Below, piece by piece: positions 36,035 to 43,405 of a stretch of 64,000 nt of DNA. A program made the position numbers and the translations under genes. Location: IMG/VR virus record IMGVR_UViG_3300023174_000039, positions 186,001 through 250,000 of that record; one strand, written 5' to 3'. A model generated the notes under the pieces. It did not search any database and was not told the DNA's origin. It saw nothing but the letters and a program-made list of their open reading frames with translations. How positions within the stretch are numbered: the first letter of the stretch is position 1; each line of letters begins with the position of its first letter.

Positions 36035-36228
36035 TTATATTGATAACAGTGTGTTAAAAACTCTTTGACCAAGGGCCCAACTGCTAGGGAATTATTGATC
36101 CAAAAACCGCTGAGCGGACGAAAGTTGCGGCGGACTGCTAGTCACAGTCACACATGTTTTTGGAAGGATGCTGGTGTAGCAATACAGCAGGGACCTTTAA
36201 ACACACAGCAGTATTGTTATCAATATAA
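36035..36228 (+). ncRNA. Structured spacer RNA E
   Basis: 14-bp perfect helix TTATATTGATAACA/TGTTATCAATATAA, then GTGTGTTAAA/TTTAAACACAC. Confidence 0.65.
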
Positions 36229-36235
36229 GTACTAC

Positions 36236-36310
36236 CGCGGGGTGGAGAAGTAGTAACTCATCAGGCTCATAACCTGAAGATCGGCGGTGCGAATCCGTCC
36301 CCCGCATCCA
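36236..36310 (+). tRNA. Initiator-like tRNA-Met(CAT)
   Basis: C1:A72 mismatch; CGCGGGG 5' end; TCAGG-ctCATaa-CCTGA. Confidence 0.85.
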
Positions 36311-36326
36311 ATTTTACCATTTGTGG

Positions 36327-36355
36327 TTGACTTTCAATCATAAATAAACTACAAT
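36327..36355 (+). promoter_or_regulatory. Sigma70 promoter with nested TAAATA
   Basis: TTGACT 36327-32, 17 nt spacer, TACAAT 36350-55; TAAATA at 36341-46. Confidence 0.75.
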
Positions 36356-36365
36356 AGAAACTAAC

Positions 36366-36479
36366 ATGAAAACACAAAACTATTCATTTGCTAAGCCATC
36401 CATGTTTGTCCAGCCTTCAGCCTGGACGCATGCGAACGGTCGCGTGAATAGCATTCCAGGAGATCCGGGGTCCGTGTAA
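36366..36479 (+). CDS. Putative 37-aa leader peptide
   Basis: MKTQNYSFAKPSMFVQPSAWTHANGRVNSIPGDPGSV; starts about 10 nt after the -10 box and precedes the terminator/antiterminator. Confidence 0.55.
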   Translation: MKTQNYSFAKPSMFVQPSAWTHANGRVNSIPGDPGSV

Positions 36480-36504
36480 AGTACATTAGTATTCTACTCA
36501 AAGG

Positions 36505-36538
36505 ACCCTGGAACTAAACACTCCAGGGTTTTTCTTTT
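36505..36538 (+). terminator. Intrinsic terminator with an overlapping antiterminator
   Basis: ACCCTGGA/TCCAGGGT plus TTTTCTTTT; alternative pairing GGGGTCC 36467-73 with GGACCCT 36503-09. Confidence 0.82.
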
Positions 36539-36629
36539 AGTGCAATGGCAACGAGAGCCGGCATCACTCAAAACTGCAAATGGGCGGCCTGTAGGATGGA
36601 ACACTATTTGTAGTGTGAAAAATTACAGC

Positions 36630-36685
36630 GTATTAAAGCATTCTTTAAGAACAGGCAGCCTAAGTATTTTAGAGTGCTTTAATAC
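36630..36685 (+). ncRNA. Long hairpin spacer F
   Basis: 15-bp stem GTATTAAAGCATTCT/AGAGTGCTTTAATAC. Confidence 0.55.
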
Positions 36686-36708
36686 ACACATTCGTAAGAG
36701 TGTGTCGG

Positions 36709-36782
36709 GTATCTCTGGTGTAATGGCAGCACCGCGGTCTCCAAAACCGTCAGTCAAGGTTCGAGTCCTTGGAGGTACGCCA
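36709..36782 (+). tRNA. tRNA-Trp(CCA)
   Basis: GCGGT-ctCCAaa-ACCGT; CCA end. Confidence 0.92.
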
Positions 36783-36787
36783 CACAT

Positions 36788-36861
36788 GGGCTGGTAGTTA
36801 AATGGGATAACGGTGGCTTTGCAAGCCTCAGTTGGGAGTTCGATTCTCCCTCGGTCCACCA
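36788..36861 (+). tRNA. tRNA-Ala(TGC)
   Basis: ttTGCaa loop; G3:U70. Confidence 0.92.
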
Positions 36862-36869
36862 AATTAAAT

Positions 36870-36898
36870 TTGACACAACCGTGTGTCTGCTATATAAT
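36870..36898 (+). promoter_or_regulatory. Sigma70 promoter
   Basis: TTGACA-17-TATAAT. Confidence 0.82.
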
Positions 36899-36905
36899 AG
36901 CATGT

Positions 36906-36995
36906 CGAGAGCGGGCAGGACGGTAATGCAGCGGATTGCTAATCCGTAGACCGTAGTAATACGGTCACTGGGTTCGACTCCCAGGCTCTCGGCCA
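36906..36995 (+). tRNA. tRNA-Ser(GCT)
   Basis: GCGGA-ttGCTaa-TCCGT; long variable arm. Confidence 0.92.
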
Positions 36996-37006
36996 CATCA
37001 ATCAAT

Positions 37007-37082
37007 TCCCTAGTAGCTCAGTCGGTAGAGTAGCAGACTGTTAATCTGTTGGTCACACGTTCGAACCGTGTCTGGGGAGCCA
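37007..37082 (+). tRNA. tRNA-Asn(GTT)
   Basis: GCAGA-ctGTTaa-TCTGT. Confidence 0.93.
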
Positions 37083-37087
37083 AACAA

Positions 37088-37163
37088 GCCCTTATAGCTC
37101 AGCTGGTAGAGCAACTGATTTGTAATCAGTAGGTCCCGTGTTCGAATCATGGTGGGGGCACCA
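37088..37163 (+). tRNA. tRNA-Thr(TGT)
   Basis: ACTGA-ttTGTaa-TCAGT. Confidence 0.93.
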
Positions 37164-37166
37164 ATC

Positions 37167-37242
37167 GCTCTCATAGCTCTAGTGGTAGAGCATACCCTTG
37201 GTAAGGGTAAGGTCACGTGTTCGAATCACGTTGAGAGCACCA
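37167..37242 (+). tRNA. tRNA-Thr(GGT)
   Basis: TACCC-ttGGTaa-GGGTA. Confidence 0.93.
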
Positions 37243-37251
37243 ATTCATTTC

Positions 37252-37328
37252 AGCTTCATAGCTCAGTTGGTTAGAGCACCGTGTTGATAACGCGGGGGTC
37301 CTGTGTTCGAGTCACAGTGAAGCTACCA
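37252..37328 (+). tRNA. tRNA-Ile(GAT)
   Basis: CCGTG-ttGATaa-CGCGG. Confidence 0.93.
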
Positions 37329-37379
37329 AATTTTTAAAGGAGAGTCCCTATGGACAGTGATAAGAGTGGGAAGATTTGT

Positions 37380-37455
37380 GGGACGTTAGCTCAGTTGGTA
37401 GAGCAGTAGACTTTTAATCTATTGGTCATTGGTTCAAATCCAATACGTCCTACCA
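37380..37455 (+). tRNA. tRNA-Lys(TTT)
   Basis: GTAGA-ctTTTaa-TCTAT. Confidence 0.93.
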
Positions 37456-37524
37456 TATAAAAACACACTTGGTATGCCCATAGCATACAGAGACATCAGA
37501 AACGTGAGTGTGTTTCTATATGGT
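37452..37524 (+). ncRNA. Structured spacer G linking tRNA-Lys and tRNA-His
   Basis: ACCATATA/TATATGGT plus AAACACACT/AGTGTGTTT. Confidence 0.6.
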
Positions 37525-37598
37525 GCTTGTCGTCAAGCGGTTAAGACCTCGGATTGTGATTCCGATATACGTGGGTTCGAATCCCATCAAGCACCCCA
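37522..37598 (+). tRNA. tRNA-His(GTG)
   Basis: G-1:C73; TCGGA-ttGTGat-TCCGA. Confidence 0.93.
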
Positions 37599-37599
37599 T

Positions 37600-37674
37600 G
37601 GATGTATAGCACAGCGGTAGTGCATCTCCTTCATACGGAGCAGGTCAGTAGTTCAAATCTACTTACATCCACCA
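37600..37674 (+). tRNA. tRNA with CAT anticodon, probably elongator Met
   Basis: CTCC-ttCATac-GGAG; fully paired acceptor stem; CCA. Confidence 0.82.
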
Positions 37675-37685
37675 TAACATTTTGT

Positions 37686-37759
37686 TGGGGGTTAGTTAAA
37701 TGGTATAACATCGGATTTTGATTCCGAGATCACAAGTTCGATTCTTGTACCCTCTGCCA
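37686..37759 (+). tRNA. tRNA-Gln(TTG)
   Basis: TCGGA-ttTTGat-TCCGA; unpaired 1:72. Confidence 0.9.
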
Positions 37760-37764
37760 CATAT

Positions 37765-37841
37765 CGGTCCTTAACTCAATTGGATAGAGTGCCAGTCTTC
37801 GAAACTGGAAGTTGGGAGTTCGACTCTCTCAGGACCGGCCA
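37765..37841 (+). tRNA. tRNA-Arg(TCG)
   Basis: CCAGT-ctTCGaa-ACTGG. Confidence 0.92.
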
Positions 37842-37880
37842 GTTTTTAACCTTGTATAATACTAGCCTATAAATATTTCC

Positions 37881-38642
37881 ATGAAGAAAGCACTTATACT
37901 TGGATGTAGTCATGCCGCTGGTTCAGAAATGATTGATGAGCCAGAAATTGATTTGTTAAACTATGGCAAAGACTACTATGGATACTGTATGAGTTATCCC
38001 TCACAGTTGGCACAATTGTTGGGGTACCATCCCGTAAATCATGCTATCCCTGGTGGTAGCAATGATGCAATGTTTAGAATATTTGAATCGTTTGTCAACC
38101 CTTACAAGAACTTTGAAAAGCCTGACATTGTGTTTGTATGTTGGACCGGTGGCGAACGTACCGAGGTATGGGACTTTGAAGAAGGCAACTGGATTGGCCT
38201 TGCTGGCGGTAAAACTAATTTTACAAAAACAATTCCTGATAGTGTTATACGGGAAGGGAAAATTATTCCTGAACCTATTATTAACGCCGATAACATTGTT
38301 ACATATCAAAAACAATGGATCACTCATCATGCTGATCGCTGGTGGGGTCGATTGAACAAGTTAAAAAACATACTGGCACTGAACACCATGGCAGCTCAAG
38401 AGAAGATCCCGGTTATTAATCTTGATAGTTTTGGTGCAGTGCAAGAATACACATTTCCCGACACAGTATATCGTCCCTTGGGACAAACTGAGTTTTGTAA
38501 CTGGGCGGTCGAGCGTGGATTCAACAACACCAAGTCGGGACATTACTTTTTGCAAGCACACAGAAGTTTTGCAAACTTCATTGCCAAAAAAGTTGATCCA
38601 AAGTATCATGCAGATAACATCGGAAAGATCATAACAGAATAA
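37881..38642 (+). CDS. SGNH/GDSL-like protein inside the tRNA array
   Basis: LILGCSH, NHAIPGGSN, SGHYFLQAH; TATAAATA ends 5 nt before the ATG. Confidence 0.7.
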   Translation: MKKALILGCSHAAGSEMIDEPEIDLLNYGKDYYGYCMSYPSQLAQLLGYHPVNHAIPGGSNDAMFRIFESFVNPYKNFEKPDIVFVCWTGGERTEVWDFEEGNWIGLAGGKTNFTKTIPDSVIREGKIIPEPIINADNIVTYQKQWITHHADRWWGRLNKLKNILALNTMAAQEKIPVINLDSFGAVQEYTFPDTVYRPLGQTEFCNWAVERGFNNTKSGHYFLQAHRSFANFIAKKVDPKYHADNIGKIITE

Positions 38643-38646
38643 TAAT

Positions 38647-38720
38647 GCGGGGCTCGTATAGTGGTAATACCTTAGCCTTCCAAGCTAAAGCGAGGGGTTC
38701 GATTCCCCTGCCCCGCTCCA
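38647..38720 (+). tRNA. tRNA-Gly(TCC)
   Basis: TTAGC-ctTCCaa-GCTAA. Confidence 0.93.
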
Positions 38721-38726
38721 CTTATT

Positions 38727-38802
38727 GCGCGGTTAACTCAGTCGGTAGAGTTCTTGCCTTACACGCAGGCTGTCGGCGGTTCGAGCCCGTCACCGCGCAC
38801 CA
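38727..38802 (+). tRNA. tRNA-Val(TAC)
   Basis: CTTGC-ctTACac-GCAGG. Confidence 0.93.
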
Positions 38803-38808
38803 CACATT

Positions 38809-38885
38809 CGGAGTGTAGCACAGCCTGGTAGTGCGCCTGGTTTGGGACCAGGAGGTCGTAGGTTCGAATCCTACTATTCCGACCA
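38809..38885 (+). tRNA. tRNA-Pro(TGG)
   Basis: CCTGG-ttTGGga-CCAGG. Confidence 0.93.
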
Positions 38886-38892
38886 CCTTTTT

Positions 38893-38984
38893 GGAAGATG
38901 ATGCAGTGGGGTTGGTCCCGCGACTGGCCTTGAAAACCAGGTTCTCTTAACAGGGATGGGGTTCGACTCCTCCGTCTTCCGCCA
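38893..38984 (+). tRNA. tRNA-Ser(TGA)
   Basis: ctTGAaa loop; long variable arm; G discriminator. Confidence 0.88.
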
Positions 38985-39028
38985 AATTAATTGACACCGC
39001 AGATGTTGTGTGTTATTATGATAGTTAG

Positions 39029-39113
39029 GCCCAGGTGGCGAAATTGGTAGACGCACCAGATTTAGGTTCTGGCGTAGAAATATGTGTCGGTTCGAGTCCG
39101 ACCCTGGGCACCA
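39029..39113 (+). tRNA. tRNA-Leu(TAG)
   Basis: CCAGA-ttTAGgt-TCTGG; variable arm. Confidence 0.93.
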
Positions 39114-39116
39114 TTT

Positions 39117-39283
39117 TGCAAACAAAAAAACGTATAGGGGTAAAACCCCAGTGGCTCTGCGCAGTGATGTGCATCTGCTGGTTCAGTTGTCTGGATGAGA
39201 GGTCCTGATTGTTGCCGGTGTAGAGTTAATCTATTAACGATTAGCGTACAAATACCCGCCCTAGCGAAACCGGTTTGTTTGCA
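39117..39283 (+). ncRNA. Structured spacer RNA H after the last tRNA
   Basis: TGCAAACAAA/TTTGTTTGCA 10-bp terminal helix; GGGGT-aaa-ACCCC hairpin. Confidence 0.55.
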
Positions 39284-39336
39284 TTTTTAACACAATTGTA
39301 ATCTCAGCTTCAATAAATACCCATAGAAAGCAATGT

Positions 39337-39816
39337 ATGAAAAAACTAGATCTCAACAAGGTCAAACAATTTATTGAAGCACAAGGTCCAGAAACAAAAA
39401 TCTATCTCGGGTGTGACAGCGAAAGACTCAGGGTCAACAATGTATGGCATGCTGACTATGTGTTGGCTATTGTGGTGCACATTAACGGCAACAACGGATG
39501 TAAAATCTTTGGGGAAGTACACAGAGAACGAGTGTATGATCAACGAGAATCTAAACCTGCCATGCGCTTGATGACCGAGGTGTACAAAGTGTCCGAGCTG
39601 TATCTAAAATTAGCCGAAGTGCTAGAAGGACGCAACGTAGAGGTTCACTTGGACATCAATCCAGATGAAATGCACGGTTCAAGCTGTGTTATTAGTCAAG
39701 CAATAGGATATATCAAAGGCACTTGCAATGTTGTACCTTTTGTGAAACCCAATGCATTTGCTGCCAGCTACGCCGCAGACAGGTTTAAAAGCCTAAGAAC
39801 AGCACAACACAGCTAG
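39337..39816 (+). CDS. YkuK/DUF458 RNase H-like protein
   Basis: IYLGCDS...RLMTEVYK...VEVHLDIN. Confidence 0.85.
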   Translation: MKKLDLNKVKQFIEAQGPETKIYLGCDSERLRVNNVWHADYVLAIVVHINGNNGCKIFGEVHRERVYDQRESKPAMRLMTEVYKVSELYLKLAEVLEGRNVEVHLDINPDEMHGSSCVISQAIGYIKGTCNVVPFVKPNAFAASYAADRFKSLRTAQHS

Positions 39817-39848
39817 TCATATAAATAAATGTATTAGGAGACACTACA

Positions 39849-40082
39849 ATGCGTTATACAACAGTAATCTGGGAACCACCAACAACACCCGAGCAAATAA
39901 CTCAGCTTGATGCAAAAATTGCCGACATGGAGGCTCGAGGTATTTTTTCAGAGCTGACATTAACAAACGAGGGCACACGACAAGTTGCCATCCGTTCATG
40001 GCCAGAGTTGACCAATGCCGAAGAATGGTGTGATTTTACTTTAAACATTGGCTGTTCTAGTGCCAGTATTGATCCAGTGTAA
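39849..40082 (+). CDS. Small hypothetical protein
   Basis: TATAAATA promoter and TAGGAG SD; 77 aa. Confidence 0.72.
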   Translation: MRYTTVIWEPPTTPEQITQLDAKIADMEARGIFSELTLTNEGTRQVAIRSWPELTNAEEWCDFTLNIGCSSASIDPV

Positions 40083-40354
40083 TGACCGGGCACATCAAAT
40101 ACTATAGAATAAAAATAACAAAAAAACTCATCCAAGAAGCTACAAATCACAGGAACAAACTGCTGTCTGAACTAATAGAACATGCAACAGATCCTGTGAT
40201 TTTTAAACGTCGGCTACGGCTATTGGCACAGCTCTCTGAGCTAGAATTTCAACTTTTAACAAAAATACAGTCGTTTGAAACAGACAATGTAGATGACTTT
40301 GATCTGCAAATCTTGTTCAATGAATTTAGACACGTTACCAATCGCAGTTCATAA
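40082..40354 (+). CDS. Hypothetical protein
   Basis: Coupled by TAATG; 90 aa. Confidence 0.65.
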   Translation: MTGHIKYYRIKITKKLIQEATNHRNKLLSELIEHATDPVIFKRRLRLLAQLSELEFQLLTKIQSFETDNVDDFDLQILFNEFRHVTNRSS

Positions 40355-41511
40355 TGACTTCACCTTTGCTGACAGCAATTAATCCCAACTACATTGGAAA
40401 AATACTAGACTGGCACAATATTTCACATGTGCCCGTAGGGAACTTGAAAAAAATCAACGGGTTTACCAATCACAACCATCTAGTGGATATCAATGCTGTA
40501 TTTTCTACATTTCCTCACGGAGATATTGTTGATCGAACTAGCACGGTTCCAAATCCGTTCAAGTTTAAAATACAGAGACCATGGAGTATTCCTACATCAT
40601 ACAAATCGTTTGATCATGTCATGGAACATAGAGTCAAAGAATATCTTGCTCAGGATCAATTGCTAAACTTGTGTTGGAGCGGCGGACACGATAGTACTAG
40701 TCTTGTGATTGCATTTTTAAAACATACTCCTAATTTTGATCAGTTGAGAATTTTATACTCACCACACAGCACATACGAGAACAGAGAATTTTTTGAATTC
40801 TTACAAAAAAATTATCCGCAACTGGACCTGCTAGACATCAGTGGAGAAGTTTATCTAAACACACAATTTGATGGACATGTTATTACCGGGCACGGCGGCG
40901 ATGAATTTACAGCCAGCCTTGACGGATCTTTTGTTGACAAAATTGGCATTGATGCCTTGTACGGCTCTTGGAAAGATTATTTTCATACGGCCAATCAAAG
41001 TCAAAGCCTGATAGATTTTGCAGAAATGTATTTTGCACAGTCTGGTAAATCTATTAATACGTTACTAGAAGCCAGGTGGTGTTATTACAGCCTGGCCAAA
41101 AGCCAAATCTATGCAATCACCGACAACTCATTCTTGGCCAATCAAGCTTCATACACCGAACAGTCAATGAGTGGGTTCTTTGAATGCAAAGACTTTGAAA
41201 ATTACATGTATCACAATCTTGATCAGATTCTTGACCGTCGATACGGATACCTAGGATACAAACAATTCCTCAAAGAATACATTTATGAATTTGACAAGAA
41301 CGAAAACTACTATACCAATGCTGGTAAACAAAATAGTATTCAGTTCAGTGCTTATATCAACAAGAAAATTCGCCTGCTTGACCTAAGATGGATATTTAAG
41401 TTAAGCGACAGCACAATTGTGAGAACAAAAAATTTACCTTTCTTAAGTCGTATAGAATTTGATAATGCATACGGAAACAGCCTTGACTACTTATTCAACT
41501 CACCAGGTTAA
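40354..41511 (+). CDS. PP-loop ATP pyrophosphatase (asparagine-synthetase-like C-terminal fold)
   Basis: LCWSGGHDSTS; ITGHGGDE. Confidence 0.78.
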   Translation: MTSPLLTAINPNYIGKILDWHNISHVPVGNLKKINGFTNHNHLVDINAVFSTFPHGDIVDRTSTVPNPFKFKIQRPWSIPTSYKSFDHVMEHRVKEYLAQDQLLNLCWSGGHDSTSLVIAFLKHTPNFDQLRILYSPHSTYENREFFEFLQKNYPQLDLLDISGEVYLNTQFDGHVITGHGGDEFTASLDGSFVDKIGIDALYGSWKDYFHTANQSQSLIDFAEMYFAQSGKSINTLLEARWCYYSLAKSQIYAITDNSFLANQASYTEQSMSGFFECKDFENYMYHNLDQILDRRYGYLGYKQFLKEYIYEFDKNENYYTNAGKQNSIQFSAYINKKIRLLDLRWIFKLSDSTIVRTKNLPFLSRIEFDNAYGNSLDYLFNSPG

Positions 41512-42514
41512 ATTCAATGCACCCTGGCATGATCTAAAACACACCTGGGTCGGAGCCAGCTACTTGCCGGAATTTTACGACCCTGTAAAAAACAGCAAGG
41601 TTAGAGATAGCTTGCAAAAGATTGCACAGGAAACCGAAGAAGATTATGTTAACCTAGTTAATACTCTAACCGACCTAGGGGTGCATGTTCAACGTCCTAT
41701 AATTGATCCGGCGTTGACCATAATGGACTTTATTGATCCAAATTCTGGTAAACTGACTTATCAAACATCTGGTAGTTACACACTAATTCCCAAACCGCCG
41801 ATGCAACCTAGAGACTGCCAGCTGATTGTGGGCAATGATCTTGTGTTGACCAACCAGGATACTGCATGGTTCACGCCCATGATTGATCAATTGACTCCCA
41901 GTAGACTTATCACTGCACCAACAGATTTTGATGCTCCAATGGCCACCGTGGTCGGCGATCATATCATACTTGACTGTAGAGAAGATCCCTGGTTGTACGA
42001 GTATTTTAAACAACAGTTTCCAACATACACAATTGTGCCAGTGTTTATTGGCGGGCACAACGATGCAGTGTTCAGTCTAGTTAAACCGGGCGTGGTTGTA
42101 AGCACCTATCATCACAACAACTATACTGATACCTTGCCCGGATGGCAAGTGAAATACATTGAGAATCAAAGTTGGAACGCTATACCGGCCTGGCGTCAAC
42201 TCAAACACAGCAACAAAGGTCGTTGGTGGATTCCCGATAGTCAAGACAATAGTGAATTTAATAACTTTGTCGAAACCTGGCTTGGGCACTGGCTGGGGTT
42301 TGTTGCTGAAACTGTGTTTGATGTCAACATGCTACAAATCAACGAGCGCACTGTATTAGTCAATAACTACAACAAAGATATGTTTGAGTTTTTTAAACAA
42401 CATCACATTGAACCAATAGTTACACCTTTCCGTCATAGGTTTTTTTGGGACGGTGGCATACATTGTATTACCAACGACATCTACAGAGAAGGCGAGGCAG
42501 AAAATTATGTTTAG
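41465..42514 (+). CDS. Amidinotransferase (pentein) family protein
   Basis: PMQPRD, GGHNDAVF, FDVNML, WDGGIHCIT (C-terminal catalytic Cys). Confidence 0.85.
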   Translation: MHTETALTTYSTHQVKFNAPWHDLKHTWVGASYLPEFYDPVKNSKVRDSLQKIAQETEEDYVNLVNTLTDLGVHVQRPIIDPALTIMDFIDPNSGKLTYQTSGSYTLIPKPPMQPRDCQLIVGNDLVLTNQDTAWFTPMIDQLTPSRLITAPTDFDAPMATVVGDHIILDCREDPWLYEYFKQQFPTYTIVPVFIGGHNDAVFSLVKPGVVVSTYHHNNYTDTLPGWQVKYIENQSWNAIPAWRQLKHSNKGRWWIPDSQDNSEFNNFVETWLGHWLGFVAETVFDVNMLQINERTVLVNNYNKDMFEFFKQHHIEPIVTPFRHRFFWDGGIHCITNDIYREGEAENYV

Positions 42515-43013
42515 CATGCCAGGGAAAATCGATCACATCAAAACAGCTTGCCTGGACATACACTTGGAAACTGGTCACATGATTGACTTCAAAGAGTGGG
42601 TGCCATCTGTTCAACAATGCCGTGTAAAGGTCATGTTGAATGACACAGTGTTGCATCACGGCGACATTGGTAGCCCTATAAAAATAGCACACAATTTTTT
42701 AGATCTCGACAACGGGCAGTACAATCTACAAATTGAAATTGAAGAGATTGCACATGGATTTGATTACAACGGGTTATGGGCATCGCCCATGCTACACATA
42801 CAAGGTGTATGGATAGAAAATCTTAATTTAGGGCTGGCATTTGAAGAATACGGAAAATGTCATTATGCCACACATCCAGATATAACTGTTCCATCAAACT
42901 TTATGGGCAACATTGGTGTTCAGAGTCTTGAATTTACAACTCCAATCTACGCATGGTTGTTGTCAAATGACCAGTACGAAGATGCCACATATTATTCCCC
43001 GGTGTTAGCATGA
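42453..43013 (+). CDS. Hypothetical protein; start uncertain
   Basis: Fills the gap to the heptose cluster; ATGA overlap downstream. Confidence 0.6.
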   Translation: MAYIVLPTTSTEKARQKIMFSMPGKIDHIKTACLDIHLETGHMIDFKEWVPSVQQCRVKVMLNDTVLHHGDIGSPIKIAHNFLDLDNGQYNLQIEIEEIAHGFDYNGLWASPMLHIQGVWIENLNLGLAFEEYGKCHYATHPDITVPSNFMGNIGVQSLEFTTPIYAWLLSNDQYEDATYYSPVLA

Positions 43014-43405
43014 AACAAATTTTTGTTAACGGAACATTTGACATTCTACATCCAGGTCATGTACAATTGCTAAATTACGCTCGTGGTCTAGGAGATAGCT
43101 TGATTGTTGCAATCGATAGTGACCGTCGTGTACGTGAACTCAAAGGCAAGGATCGGCCAATCAACTCAGAATCTGATCGAAAATTCATGTTAGAAAATCT
43201 ACGTAGCATAGATAGCGTTTGGGTATTTGATAGTGACCAGGAACTTGAAGATATTTGTAGACTGTACAATCCCGTTATGGTCAAAGGATCAGACTACCGT
43301 GGTCGGCCTGTAATAGGGCAACAATATTGCAAAGAGATAATTTTTTATGATAGAATTGAACCATACTCAACCACAAGAGCAATTCAGGATATTGGTAATA
43401 GGTGA
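43010..43405 (+). CDS. Heptose-1-phosphate nucleotidyltransferase (HldC / RfaE domain II)
   Basis: NGTFDILHPGH, DSDRRVRELKGKDRPIN, KGSDY, YSTT. Confidence 0.9.
   Translation: MKQIFVNGTFDILHPGHVQLLNYARGLGDSLIVAIDSDRRVRELKGKDRPINSESDRKFMLENLRSIDSVWVFDSDQELEDICRLYNPVMVKGSDYRGRPVIGQQYCKEIIFYDRIEPYSTTRAIQDIGNR

Noticed and set aside
36110-36135. Hammerhead ribozyme in spacer E (CTGAG...GAAA) or in spacer H (CTGGATGAG...CGAAAC)
   Set aside because: Neither matches the CUGANGA core with correctly placed stems.
34985-37620. ORFs from the track overlapping tRNAs and spacers (e.g. 35448-35825, 36540-36797, 36623-36862)
   Set aside because: They run through cloverleafs, lack an RBS and give implausible proteins.
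40354-41511. QueC assignment for the PP-loop protein
   Set aside because: It has SGGxDS but is 385 aa and lacks the QueC C-terminal Zn-binding Cys motif; GxGGDE points to an asparagine-synthetase-like fold.
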